This document shows positions 1-9,319 of a stretch of 64,000 bases of DNA, piece after piece. The position numbers and the translations under genes were made by a program. Under the pieces are notes generated by a model. That model searched no databases and was not told the DNA's origin. It saw nothing but the letters and a program-made list of their open reading frames with translations. Source of the stretch: an uncultured Trueperaceae bacterium (GTDB lineage: Bacteria > Deinococcota > Deinococci > Deinococcales > Trueperaceae); NCBI GenBank assembly GCA_963815215.1, contig CAWFFU010000009.1:90019-154018 (forward strand), written 5' to 3'. Within the stretch, counting starts at the first letter, position 1. The number at the start of each line of letters is the position of its first letter.

Positions 1-1
1 C

Positions 2-400
2 CCGGTCGGCCGCGCCATCGGGCGCTTCTTCGGCACGCCTCCGCAGGAGAGCGCCGATCCCGAGGTCCTGAAGGGGCATGCCGGCTCGCCCGGCGTGGCA
101 AGGGGCGTGGCACGCGTGGCGCGGTCGCTGTCCGAGGCCCAGAACGTGCGCCGGGGGGAGATCCTGGTCGCGGCCATGACCGCCCCGTCGTGGACGCCGC
201 TCTTCGGCACGGTCGCGGCGGTCGTCACCGACACGGGCGGCGTGCTGTCGCACAGCGCTGTGGTGGCGCGCGAGTACGGCATCCCGGCTGTGGTCGGCAC
301 GCTCCGGGCCACCGCGCTCGTCCACGACGGGCAGATCATCGAGGTCGACGGCGCCGCCGGCACGGTGCGCCTCGTCACGGCCGGCGCCGAGTTGGCTTGA
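2..400 (+). CDS. C-terminal part of PEP-utilising enzyme (phosphohistidine swivel domain; PEP synthase/rifampin phosphotransferase-like), 5'-truncated by window edge
   Basis: Frame open from window start; motifs LKGHAGSPG, MTAPSWTPLF and TDTGGVLSHSAVVAREYGIPAVVG (phospho-His). Confidence 0.85.
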   Translation, partial: PVGRAIGRFFGTPPQESADPEVLKGHAGSPGVARGVARVARSLSEAQNVRRGEILVAAMTAPSWTPLFGTVAAVVTDTGGVLSHSAVVAREYGIPAVVGTLRATALVHDGQIIEVDGAAGTVRLVTAGAELA

Positions 401-1884
401 ACTCGCGCGAGACCGCCAGGGAGGAGGTCCGCCTCGTCGTCGCCGTCGCCCTGACGACGATGCTGGCGCCCCTCAACTCGACGATGATCGCGGTGGCGCT
501 GCCGCCCATCGCGGCCCAGTTCCACGCTAGAGCGTCCGTTCCCTGGCTGGTGACGGGCTACCTCATCGCCATGGCCTCGCTCCAACCGGTCGCCGGCAAG
601 CTCGGCGACCGGTTCGGACGTCGGCCTCTGCTGCTCGGTGGCCTCGCCTACTTCGCGCTCGCCTCGCTGGGCGCCGCCCTCTCTCCGAGCTTCGGCTGGC
701 TGCTGGCGTTCCGCATCCAGCAAGGCATCGCAGGTGCCCTCGCCTTCCCCAACGGCGCCGCGATGCTGCGCGAAGCGATCCCGGATGCCCGGCGAGGAGG
801 CCGCTTCGGCCTGATCGGCGCGGGGGCGGGCCTGGCCGCCGCGGTGGGACCGCCGCTCGCCGGCGTGCTGGTGTGGTCGAGCGGCTGGCCGTCCATCTTC
901 TACGTCAACGTGATGCTCATCGTGCCGGCGGCCTGGCTGGGATGGCGCGCCTTCCCCCGCGCCCGCCCCCGCCCCGCGCGGGGCGGGGCGCAGGGCCCGT
1001 CCCGGCGCCCCTTCGACCTACTCGGAGCGACGCTCCTGTCGGTCACGCTGATCACGGTGGCCGCCGAGCTCACGCACCATGGGCCGCTCGGAACGTGGGG
1101 CGTGGTGGGCTGGGCGTTCGCGGTCATGGCATCGATCGCCTTCGCGGTAGTGGAGTGGCGCCACCCGGACCCTGCGGTGCAGCTCCGGCTGTTCGGGCGC
1201 AGGGCCTTCGCGGCGGCCAACGCGTCGGTCGCCACCAGCAACTTCGCCATGTACGTGACGCTGCTAGCGGTGCCGCTGCTGCTGACCGATCGTTCGGGTA
1301 CCAGCATCGGGGCCGGTGCGGTGCTGGCCGCCATGTCGGGCGCGATGTTCGTCGCCTCGCCGGTCGGTGGAGCGCTGGCCGATCGCTGGGGGCGCCGCCG
1401 TCCGGCGCTGTTGGGCCTCAGCCTCCTGGTCGCCGGCACGCTCTTGCTGGCCGTGGCCGGATCGGACATCTCGATCCGCGTGCTGGTGGGGGCATTGATG
1501 CTCGTCGGCCTCGGCATCGGCACCGGTACCGCCGCCCTGCAGACGACCGCCGTGGAGGCCGCCCCGGCGCGCGATGCCGGCATGGCCTCGGGGGTCTACA
1601 CGACCAGCCGATACCTGGGTAGCATCGTCGGCTCGGCCCTGCTCGCGCGCCTGGCGGCCGGGACCGGTGCGCTCGCGGGGCCGGCGTTCATCGGGACCGT
1701 GTTCGTCCTGGTCGCGGTCGCCGCCGTCCTGGCGCTGGTCGCCGCCTTCGGGCTGCAGGATCGCCCCGCGGCTCGGCCCGGATCCGCGCCGGAGGCGGTT
1801 GGGGCAGGGGCGGTTGAGGCAGGGGCGGTTGAGGCAGGGGCGGCAGGGGCCGGGGCGGCAGAGGCCGGGGCGTCGAGAGGCTAG
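397..1884 (+). CDS. MFS drug:H+ antiporter, DHA2 (EmrB/QacA) family
   Basis: LNSTMIAVALPPI, motif A GKLGDRFGRR, many hydrophobic helices; TTG start overlaps upstream TGA (TTGA). Confidence 0.9.
   Translation: MNSRETAREEVRLVVAVALTTMLAPLNSTMIAVALPPIAAQFHARASVPWLVTGYLIAMASLQPVAGKLGDRFGRRPLLLGGLAYFALASLGAALSPSFGWLLAFRIQQGIAGALAFPNGAAMLREAIPDARRGGRFGLIGAGAGLAAAVGPPLAGVLVWSSGWPSIFYVNVMLIVPAAWLGWRAFPRARPRPARGGAQGPSRRPFDLLGATLLSVTLITVAAELTHHGPLGTWGVVGWAFAVMASIAFAVVEWRHPDPAVQLRLFGRRAFAAANASVATSNFAMYVTLLAVPLLLTDRSGTSIGAGAVLAAMSGAMFVASPVGGALADRWGRRRPALLGLSLLVAGTLLLAVAGSDISIRVLVGALMLVGLGIGTGTAALQTTAVEAAPARDAGMASGVYTTSRYLGSIVGSALLARLAAGTGALAGPAFIGTVFVLVAVAAVLALVAAFGLQDRPAARPGSAPEAVGAGAVEAGAVEAGAAGAGAAEAGASRG
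1792..1872 (+). repeat. Imperfect 15-bp tandem repeat (GAGGCAGGGGCGGTT) encoding (EAGAV)n tail of the MFS protein
   Basis: Direct repeats visible in sequence. Confidence 0.7.
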
Positions 1885-1984
1885 CGTGCGGAGCGGGCCG
1901 GGCGGCCCGGAACCGGTCTGCAAGCACGGGTGGGATCGTCTCGCCGGCGCTCGACGCGACGGCTCCGACGCCGCGCCCCGATCC

Positions 1985-2001
1985 ATTGAAATCTCTTCAA
2001 T
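1985..2001. promoter_or_regulatory. Inverted repeat ATTGAA-N5-TTCAAT, candidate operator
   Basis: Perfect AT-rich inverted repeat 3 bp upstream of a -35 box. Confidence 0.6.
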
Positions 2002-2004
2002 ATC

Positions 2005-2033
2005 TTGACGTCGCTTTCTGCGTCCCATACAAT
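2005..2033 (+). promoter_or_regulatory. Sigma70-type promoter TTGACG-N17-TACAAT
   Basis: Near-consensus hexamers with 17-bp spacer, 44 bp upstream of the M24 gene. Confidence 0.75.
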
Positions 2034-2077
2034 CCGCCCAACCCGATGTCGGCTGCAAGCGACGCCAGGAGGGCACG

Positions 2078-3274
2078 TTGTCTCGTCTCGGTCAAGAGAA
2101 GTCCCGTCAGGCGCTCGCTTTCGTCCCCAAGGACGATGCCTGGATCTTCGTCACGCGCGAGGGAAGCGATCCCGGCGCCCGGCTGGTGTTCGACGCCGCG
2201 GTCAGCGGCGAGGCGGCCTTCGTCCTGCGTCCGGGGCGAGGTGCGCTGGCGCTCGTCGCCAACTACGACGCCGGTCACGTCGAGCGGCTCGGGGTGTTCG
2301 ACGAGATCCGCAGCTACGACCGCTCGTTCGCGAACGCCTTCACCGCCTGGCTGCGTGAGCTGGCGCCCGCTACCGTCCACCTGAACTACAGCGAACGCGA
2401 CATCCTGTGCGACGGCCTCACGCACGGTCAGTTCCTGCGCACGACGCGTCTCCTGGGCGAGGCCCTGCCGGGCGTCGCGGTCGCGAGCAGCGAGCCCTAC
2501 CTGCGCGAGGTGCGCGGCCGCAAGACCGCCGAGGAGGTGAGCCGGCTGCGTGAGGCGATCCGCGGCAGTGGCGCGCTCTACGCGCGCATCCGGCGCGAGC
2601 TGCGGCCCGGCATGAGCGAGCGCGAGGTGCAGGCGCGCATGAACGCCATCGCGGCCGAGCTCGGCTTCGGCGTCCACCTCGGCGACTACGGCGGCCCGTT
2701 GGTGTGCATCAACCGCGTCGGACTCGCCCACCGTGCGCCGGGGGACGACGTCCTGCAGGAGGGCGACCTGCTCATCCTCGACCACGGGCTCGAGCACCAG
2801 GGGTACCACTCCGACATCGCACGCACGATCTACCTCCCGCGCCGGGGCGAGACGGAGCCGCCGGCCGCGGAGGCGGCCGCCTTCGCCTCCGCCCGTCAGG
2901 CCATCGAGGCGGCGTTCGCCGTGCTGCGGCCCGGCGTCAAGGGTTACGAGGTCGACGCCGCTGCGCGCCAGACCCACCTGGACAACGGCTATCCCGAGAT
3001 CAGCCACGCCACCGGCCACCAGATCGGCCGCTTCGTCCATGACGGCGGCACGACGCTGGCGCCCCGTTGGGAACGCTACGGCGACGCTCCCGAGGGCGAG
3101 GTCGCGGCCGGCAACGTGTTCACCCTCGAGCCCACCATCCTGATGTCGCCCGCGCCCTCCATGCTGGTCGAGGAGGACGTGCTCGTCACCGACGCCGGCG
3201 CGCAGTGGTTGAGCGAGCGCCAGCTCACCTTGTGGATGGCGGGCGACGACCGACCGCCTCCATCCGCGTCCTAG
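2078..3274 (+). CDS. Xaa-Pro peptidase family (M24) metallopeptidase
   Basis: AGGAGG RBS before TTG; KTAEE, LILDHG..GYHSDIART, HATGH, TLEP, VEED metal-ligand motifs. Confidence 0.9.
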   Translation: MSRLGQEKSRQALAFVPKDDAWIFVTREGSDPGARLVFDAAVSGEAAFVLRPGRGALALVANYDAGHVERLGVFDEIRSYDRSFANAFTAWLRELAPATVHLNYSERDILCDGLTHGQFLRTTRLLGEALPGVAVASSEPYLREVRGRKTAEEVSRLREAIRGSGALYARIRRELRPGMSEREVQARMNAIAAELGFGVHLGDYGGPLVCINRVGLAHRAPGDDVLQEGDLLILDHGLEHQGYHSDIARTIYLPRRGETEPPAAEAAAFASARQAIEAAFAVLRPGVKGYEVDAAARQTHLDNGYPEISHATGHQIGRFVHDGGTTLAPRWERYGDAPEGEVAAGNVFTLEPTILMSPAPSMLVEEDVLVTDAGAQWLSERQLTLWMAGDDRPPPSAS

Positions 3275-3280
3275 CACCGA

Positions 3281-3368
3281 CCGCCGCGCCCGCCGCGCCC
3301 GCCGCGCCCGTCGCGCCGGAAACGCCCGCCCCCCGCTCCGTCGCCGCCCGCTCCGCCGCCGCCCGCTC
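3281..3368 (+). repeat. Low-complexity short tandem repeats (CCGCCGCGC and CCGCCCGCT-like units)
   Basis: Repeated 9-12 bp GC-rich units in intergenic region. Confidence 0.55.
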
Positions 3369-3399
3369 ACGCTCGCGGGCCCACCCACCAGGAGGCACC

Positions 3400-5043
3400 A
3401 TGCGTAACCGAACGATCCTTCTCGCCGCCGCTCTCCTCGCGGCGCTCGTCACGACGAGTGCGCTGGCGCAGAGCTGCCCCGCTACCGGCGGCACCGCGAC
3501 CATCGCGCAGTGGAGCGAGCCCGGCAACCTCAACCCGCTCATCTTCCCGACGACGTACGACACCAACGTCGAGGAGCTCGTGTTCGCGCGCCTCATCCGC
3601 CCGACCTCCACGCTGAGCTTCGAACCGGACATGGCCGAGAGCTGGACCGTGTCGCAGGACGGCCGGACCATCACCTTCAAGCTGCGCCCCGGCCTCACCT
3701 GGCAGGACGGGCAGCCGCTCACCGCGAAGGACGTCGCGTTCACCTTCACCTCGATGGCCGATCCCAAGTACGCGGGTGGCCAGTACGCGTCGATCGCGCC
3801 GCTCGAGGGCGCCAAGGCCTACCACGACGGCCAGGCCGCCACGGTTTCGGGCATCAAGGTGATCGATGACCGCACCATCTCGTTCACCACCACCGAGCCG
3901 TTCGCGCCGTTCCTTCCCGTCATCGGCGGCGTGTTCATCCTGCCCGAGCACATCTACGGCAAGATCCCGGTCCAGGACTGGCAGAAGGACCCCACCAACC
4001 ACGCGCCGGTGGGCTCCGGCCCCTTCAAGTTCGACACCTACAAGCCGGGCGAGTACATCAAGGTCTCGGCGTTCGACGGCTACTGGCAGGGACGCCCCTG
4101 CCTCGACAGCCTCATCGTGCGTTTCGGCGATCAGAACACCATGCTGGCCGCTCTCCTCAACGGTGAGCTGGACGCGGCGCCGGTGCCGATCGACGGGGCC
4201 CAGAGCGTGAAGGGCAAGGCGGGGTTGAAGCTCGACGTGGTGAGCACGTTGAACTTCCAGTACATCGGGACCAACCTGCGCAACCCCATCCTGGCCGACC
4301 CGGCCGTGCGCCAGGCGATCGCCGAGGCGGTCAACCGCAAGGCCATGGTGCAGGGCCTGCTGAAGGGCTACGGCACCACGCTCGACACCATCTTCCCGGT
4401 CAACCACTGGGCCTACCCGAAGGACGTGCAGCCGATCCCCTACGACGTCGAGCAGGCCGCCAAGCTGCTCGAGGACGACGGCTGGAAGCTTCAGGGCGGC
4501 GTACGCGTCAAGGACGGACAGCCGCTCAAGCTGCGCCTGTTCGTGCCGACCGGGAACCAGGTGCGCGAGCGCACGGCCCCCATCATCCAGGCCAACCTGC
4601 GGCAGATCGGCATCCAGGTCGACATCCAGACGATGGACTTCCCGACGCTGGTGACGCACCTGCTGCCCAAGGACGCGCAGGGAACGCCGCGCCCGGTCAA
4701 CGCCACGGACTTCGACCTGTTCCTGCTCGGCTTCGGCATCGAGCGCGACCCCAACGAGTACCTCAGCTACCTCACGGCCGCCGACCAGCCGCCGAACGGC
4801 TACAACTTCATCGGGGTCAACGATCCCCAGGTCGAGAAGCTCATGAACGAGGGCAGGACCACCATGGACCAGGCCGCGCGGGCCAAGATCTACCAGCAGG
4901 TGGGCCGGCTCATGCGCGCCAACCTGGACTGGATCCCGCTCTACCAGGCGCAGGACCTGTACGGCGTGTCCGACAAGCTGCACGGGTTCCAACCCGACAT
5001 CCGCGGCGTGAACCCGAACGTGGCGCACTGGTACCTCCAGTAG
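3400..5043 (+). CDS. Peptide/nickel ABC transporter substrate-binding protein (family 5)
   Basis: AGGAGG RBS; signal peptide ending ALAQ; PDMAESWTVSQDG.TITFKLR..LTWQDGQPLTAKDV, PVGSGPF. Confidence 0.92.
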   Translation: MRNRTILLAAALLAALVTTSALAQSCPATGGTATIAQWSEPGNLNPLIFPTTYDTNVEELVFARLIRPTSTLSFEPDMAESWTVSQDGRTITFKLRPGLTWQDGQPLTAKDVAFTFTSMADPKYAGGQYASIAPLEGAKAYHDGQAATVSGIKVIDDRTISFTTTEPFAPFLPVIGGVFILPEHIYGKIPVQDWQKDPTNHAPVGSGPFKFDTYKPGEYIKVSAFDGYWQGRPCLDSLIVRFGDQNTMLAALLNGELDAAPVPIDGAQSVKGKAGLKLDVVSTLNFQYIGTNLRNPILADPAVRQAIAEAVNRKAMVQGLLKGYGTTLDTIFPVNHWAYPKDVQPIPYDVEQAAKLLEDDGWKLQGGVRVKDGQPLKLRLFVPTGNQVRERTAPIIQANLRQIGIQVDIQTMDFPTLVTHLLPKDAQGTPRPVNATDFDLFLLGFGIERDPNEYLSYLTAADQPPNGYNFIGVNDPQVEKLMNEGRTTMDQAARAKIYQQVGRLMRANLDWIPLYQAQDLYGVSDKLHGFQPDIRGVNPNVAHWYLQ

Positions 5044-5068
5044 CGCGCCGACCGACGCCCTGACCTCC

Positions 5069-5100
5069 AGCACCCGTGCCGCCGCGGCGGCACGGGTGCT
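5069..5100. terminator. Perfect 32-bp palindrome after SBP gene (stabiliser or partial terminator hairpin, no U-tract)
   Basis: AGCACCCGTGCCGCCG|CGGCGGCACGGGTGCT. Confidence 0.65.
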
Positions 5101-5134
5101 CCCCACAAGCCCCCTCGCCCCCCGGGGTCCGACC

Positions 5135-6097
5135 ATGCTGCCGTACATCCTTAGGCGCCTCGCCCAGAGCCTGTTGATCCTGCTGCTGGTGTCGTTCGTC
5201 GGCTTCGCCATCACGCTGTCGGCGCCCGGCAACGCACTGCAGACCTTCATCGACCCGAACGTGTCGGTGACGGACCTGAGGGCCGCCGAGGCGCGCCTGG
5301 GGCTGGACCAGCCGGTGCCGGTGCAGTACCTGCACTGGATGGGTCAGGTGCTGTCCGGCAACCTCGGCTACTCCATCCGCACCGGCAGGCCGGTGGGGGC
5401 GTTCGTCGCCAGCCGCCTGGGTCCCACCTTCACCCTGATGGGGACCGCCTTCGCCATCACGCTGGCGCTGGCGTTGTGGCTGGGCGTGCTCTCGGCGGCC
5501 CGGCCCTATTCGCTGCTGGATTACGGCGTCACCGGGGCCTCGTTCGCGGGGATCAGCGTCCCCAGCTTCTTCTCGGCCATGGTGCTCATCTACCTGTTCG
5601 CCCTGCGCCTCGGTTGGCTGCCCACCTCCGGGCTGCTCAGCTACGGCACGACCTACAGCGGCTGGGCGCTGGTGGCGGACCACGTCCGCCACCTGGTGCT
5701 GCCGGTGGTGGTGCTCGTGCTCACCGGCACGGCCGAGCTGGTGCGCCACGTGCGCGGCGCCGTCATCGAGGCGCTGCAGCAGGACTACGTGCGCACCGCC
5801 AAGAGCAAGGGGCTGGCGTGGCGCGCGGTGCTCAACAAGCACGCCTTGCGCAACAGCCTCCTGCCCGTCATCACCCTGGTCGGGGTGGCGCTGCCGCGCC
5901 TGCTGGCGGGGTCGGTGGTGGTCGAGGTGGTGTTCGCATGGCCCGGCATGGGCCAGTTGCTGGTGCAGTCGGTCTTCGCCCGCGACTACCCGGTCGCGCT
6001 CGCCATCAACCTCATCGGCGCCGTCCTGGTGCTGCTCGGCAGCCTTCTCGCCGACGTCCTGTACGCGGTGGTGGACCCGCGGGTGCGCTACTCGTGA
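5135..6097 (+). CDS. Peptide ABC transporter permease (OppB/DppB-like)
   Basis: YILRRL, LGLDQP..VQY, DYVRTAKSKGL, FAWPGMG, RDYP. Confidence 0.92.
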   Translation: MLPYILRRLAQSLLILLLVSFVGFAITLSAPGNALQTFIDPNVSVTDLRAAEARLGLDQPVPVQYLHWMGQVLSGNLGYSIRTGRPVGAFVASRLGPTFTLMGTAFAITLALALWLGVLSAARPYSLLDYGVTGASFAGISVPSFFSAMVLIYLFALRLGWLPTSGLLSYGTTYSGWALVADHVRHLVLPVVVLVLTGTAELVRHVRGAVIEALQQDYVRTAKSKGLAWRAVLNKHALRNSLLPVITLVGVALPRLLAGSVVVEVVFAWPGMGQLLVQSVFARDYPVALAINLIGAVLVLLGSLLADVLYAVVDPRVRYS

Positions 6098-6134
6098 GCG
6101 GCGCGCGTCGCCGTCGTGCGTCGGGCGGACGGCC

Positions 6135-7037
6135 GTGAGCGCGGGCGCGGGCGTCCCGACGGCCGCCGCGGCGCAGGCGCGTCCGGCGCGGCGTGCCTGG
6201 AAGGCGTTCCGGCGCCATCGCCTGGCCGTGGCGGGCGCCGTCTTCGTCGTCCTGGTGCTGTTGGTCGCGGCCCTCGCGCCCTGGCTGGCGCCCCACGATC
6301 CCTACGAGCTGGCGACCGGCCCGAACGGCGAGATCGCCTTCACCGCGCCGCCCAGTCGCGTCTTCCCGCTCGGCACCGACAGCGTCGGGCGCGACGTGCT
6401 GTCGCGGCTCATCTTCGGCGGGCGCGTGAGCATCACCATCGGCCTGGTCTCCGCCCTCATCGCCATCAGCGTGGGGAGCGCGCTGGGCGCGGTCGCCGGG
6501 CACTTCGGCGGCTGGGTCGACAGCGCCGTGTCGCGCTTCGCCGACGCCGTCAGCGCCTTCCCGGCGTTGTTCCTCATCCTCACGATCTCCAGCTTCGTGC
6601 CGCCGAGCATCTTCAACGTCATCGCCATCATCGGCCTGCTGAGCTGGATGCCGTCGTTCCGCCTGATGCGCGCCGAAGTGCTCCGACTGCGGTCCACCAC
6701 CTTCGTGGAGGCCGCCAACGCACTGGGGGCGAACGACGTGCGGGTGATGGGCCGGCACCTGATCCCCAACGCCATCGGGCCCATCGTGGTGCAGGCGACG
6801 CTGGGGGTGGCCGACGCCATCCTCACCGAATCGGCGCTGTCGTTCTTGGGGCTCGGCGTTCAGCCGCCGGTCGCGTCCTGGGGCAACATGCTGTCCGACG
6901 CCCGCAGCCTCACGGTGCTGCAGTCGCAGCCCTGGCTGTGGCTACCGCCCGGGGCGGCCATCTTCCTGACGGTCCTGAGCGTGAACTTCCTGGGCGACGG
7001 GTTGCGCGCCGCCATCAACCCGATGTCGCAACGATGA
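6135..7037 (+). CDS. Peptide ABC transporter permease (OppC/DppC-like)
   Basis: PLGTDSVGRDVLSR, FVEAA..LGA, ESALSFLGLG..PP..SWGNM. Confidence 0.92.
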   Translation: MSAGAGVPTAAAAQARPARRAWKAFRRHRLAVAGAVFVVLVLLVAALAPWLAPHDPYELATGPNGEIAFTAPPSRVFPLGTDSVGRDVLSRLIFGGRVSITIGLVSALIAISVGSALGAVAGHFGGWVDSAVSRFADAVSAFPALFLILTISSFVPPSIFNVIAIIGLLSWMPSFRLMRAEVLRLRSTTFVEAANALGANDVRVMGRHLIPNAIGPIVVQATLGVADAILTESALSFLGLGVQPPVASWGNMLSDARSLTVLQSQPWLWLPPGAAIFLTVLSVNFLGDGLRAAINPMSQR

Positions 7038-7636
7038 CGCGCCACTCCGCGCAGGAGCCCCGGCACTCCCGTGTGCCGGCAGCGCAGCCCCAGTTGGGTC
7101 AGCGCATCCGCGCGCTGCGGACCGCCCGCGGCTACACGCTGGCGCAGCTCGCCGCGCTGGCGGGCGTGTCCCCATCGTTCCTGTCGATGCTCGAGACCGG
7201 CAAGACGAGCGTGGCGGCGCCCCGGTTGCAGGCGATCGCGGCGGCCTTCCACCTGTCGGCCGCCGACCTGCTGCCGGACAGCGGCGCCCAGGCGCTCATC
7301 CAGACGGTCCGCGGCGATGACGCCCTGCAGCTCGAAGGCTTCGTGCCCGGCGTTCGCGCACGCATGCTCGCGCGCGACCTGTTCCGGCGCATCCAACCGG
7401 TGCTGCTCGAGCTCGAGCCGGGAGCGTCGCACGTCAACGAGGTGGGGCACGCGGGCGAGGAGTTCGTCTACATCCTGCGGGGCACGGTGGAGCTGGTGGT
7501 GGATCGCACGCAGGTCGCGACGCTGCGACCGGGCGACGGGGCCCACTACCCCAGCGCGCTCCCGCACGCCTACCGCAACGTCGGCTCCGTAGGCGCCGAG
7601 ATCCTGACGGTCTCCACCCCGCCGAAGCCCGTCTGA
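7034..7636 (+). CDS. XRE-family HTH regulator with C-terminal cupin
   Basis: LGQRIRALR...LSMLETG HTH; HAGEEFVYILRG..PGD..YPS..PH cupin; ATGA overlap. Confidence 0.9.
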   Translation: MTRHSAQEPRHSRVPAAQPQLGQRIRALRTARGYTLAQLAALAGVSPSFLSMLETGKTSVAAPRLQAIAAAFHLSAADLLPDSGAQALIQTVRGDDALQLEGFVPGVRARMLARDLFRRIQPVLLELEPGASHVNEVGHAGEEFVYILRGTVELVVDRTQVATLRPGDGAHYPSALPHAYRNVGSVGAEILTVSTPPKPV

Positions 7637-7646
7637 CGCCGCGGGC

Positions 7647-9131
7647 TCACGGCACCCAGGCTTCGGCCTCGATCTCGACCCGCTCGCCCGGGTCGGCCAG
7701 GCGCGCGCCCACGAGCGTGTTGGCGGGGAGCACCTGACCCATCCGGCGGCCGTGGACCCGTGCCACCGCCTCCACGTCCTCGTCGTGGGCCACGTAGACC
7801 CGCGTGCGCACGACGTGCTCGAGCGAGGCGCCCAGGCTGCGCAGCGTTCCCTCGATCTTGTCGAAGGCGAACTCGGCCTGCGAGGCGGCGTCGTCGCCGC
7901 CCAGCAGGCGCGCGCCGTGGCGCGCCGTGGTGCCGGAGACGAGGATCCGGGAGCCGACACGCACCGCGCGGGCGTAGCCGGCGTCCCGCTCCCAGGCCGT
8001 GCCGGTCTGCACCACCTGCCGGCCGTCGGGCAGCGTGCGCGTCTCGAACGGCGCCGGCAGCGTCTGCAGATGATCGCTCAGGTCGCCGGAGGCGGTGAGG
8101 AAGGGCGGTTTGCGGTACTCGTCGCCGCAATCGCCGGGTAGCGGGGCGAGCGCGGCGATGGCCGCCTCGAGTTCGCCGCGGTCCCGCGCGTCCAGGCTCA
8201 GGTCGAACAGGCGGACCGTGTCGTCGATGTGTTCGCGCTCGCCCAGCCGTGCGCCGACGATGACGCCGCCCACACCCGGCTCGTCGAGGACGAAGCGGGT
8301 CGCCACGTTGGCCAGCGACGTCCCGTGCCGCGCCGCCACCGCCGCGGCCGCGGCCAGCAGGTTCTGGTAGGCGTCCCAGCCGCCGGCGACCTCGACGAAG
8401 CGGCGGTACTTGTTGATCGACCAGGGGGTGCTCTCGCCCCACTCCGGCTCCGGCACGCCGAGCCAGCGCTCGGTGAGCAGGCCGCCGCTGAGCGTGCCAT
8501 AGGCGAGCACGTGGACGCCGTGCTCGCGGCACCAGGCGGTCATGCCGTGGGCCGCCCGGCGGTCGAGCAGCGAGAAGCTCACCTGGTTCGTCACGATGGG
8601 GATGCCGCTGGCGACCGCCAGGCGCAGGTGGGCGGTGTCCACGTTCGTCAGGCCCAGCTGCCCGATGAGGCCCTCCTGCCGGAGCTCGTCGAGGTAGCCG
8701 AGCGTGTCGAGCCAGACCGGGTCGTCGTAGGTCCAGGTGTGGAACTGCAGCAGCTCGAGCCGCTCGGTGCGCAGCCTCGTCAGCGAACGTTCGACCGCCT
8801 GCCGGGCCTCGGCCCGGGTCACCGGTCCCGGCTTCGGCACCCACTTGGTGAGCGTCTCCGCGGGCGCCGCCTCGCCCCGCGTCGCCCGGTAGTGTCCCGC
8901 GATGACCTCGGCGGAGCCGTAGTGGTCGGCCATGTCGAAGGTGGTCAGGCCCGACGCGACGTAGCGCTCCATGGCGGCGGCGCTGTGCTCGGGATCGAGC
9001 TCGCGGCCGCCGCGCTCCATGTCGGCGACCTGCCACAGCCCGGTCAGGACCCGGGCGATCGACAGGCCCGGCGCCAGCGTGATGCGGGGCACGGCGTCCG
9101 GGGCGGGAGGGCGCAGGTCGGTATGGGGCAT
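7647..9131 (-). CDS. Aldo/keto reductase fused to C-terminal Rid (YjgF/RidA-family) domain
   Basis: AKR: TFDMADHYG.AE, TKW, LQFH, GLTN, NQV; Rid: WE..AGYARAVRVG..I.VSGTT, VVRTRVYV, VEIEAEA; AGGAAGG RBS. Confidence 0.88.
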   Translation of the reverse strand: MPHTDLRPPAPDAVPRITLAPGLSIARVLTGLWQVADMERGGRELDPEHSAAAMERYVASGLTTFDMADHYGSAEVIAGHYRATRGEAAPAETLTKWVPKPGPVTRAEARQAVERSLTRLRTERLELLQFHTWTYDDPVWLDTLGYLDELRQEGLIGQLGLTNVDTAHLRLAVASGIPIVTNQVSFSLLDRRAAHGMTAWCREHGVHVLAYGTLSGGLLTERWLGVPEPEWGESTPWSINKYRRFVEVAGGWDAYQNLLAAAAAVAARHGTSLANVATRFVLDEPGVGGVIVGARLGEREHIDDTVRLFDLSLDARDRGELEAAIAALAPLPGDCGDEYRKPPFLTASGDLSDHLQTLPAPFETRTLPDGRQVVQTGTAWERDAGYARAVRVGSRILVSGTTARHGARLLGGDDAASQAEFAFDKIEGTLRSLGASLEHVVRTRVYVAHDEDVEAVARVHGRRMGQVLPANTLVGARLADPGERVEIEAEAWVP

Positions 9132-9319
9132 CGGATCCTTCCTGGCTGGAGCCGTCCCCGGGCGGGTTGGTGCGATCCGTTCCTGCCGCGGGCTGCGAGC
9201 GCGCGGCTCACCCGACCGGAGCTGGAGAGGACCCGAGCCGCCCACGAGTCTACCGTGCCCGACCGGACCGGGGCTCGCTCCCGCAGCTGCAGGACGGCGT
9301 GCCCCGCAGGCTTAAGAGG

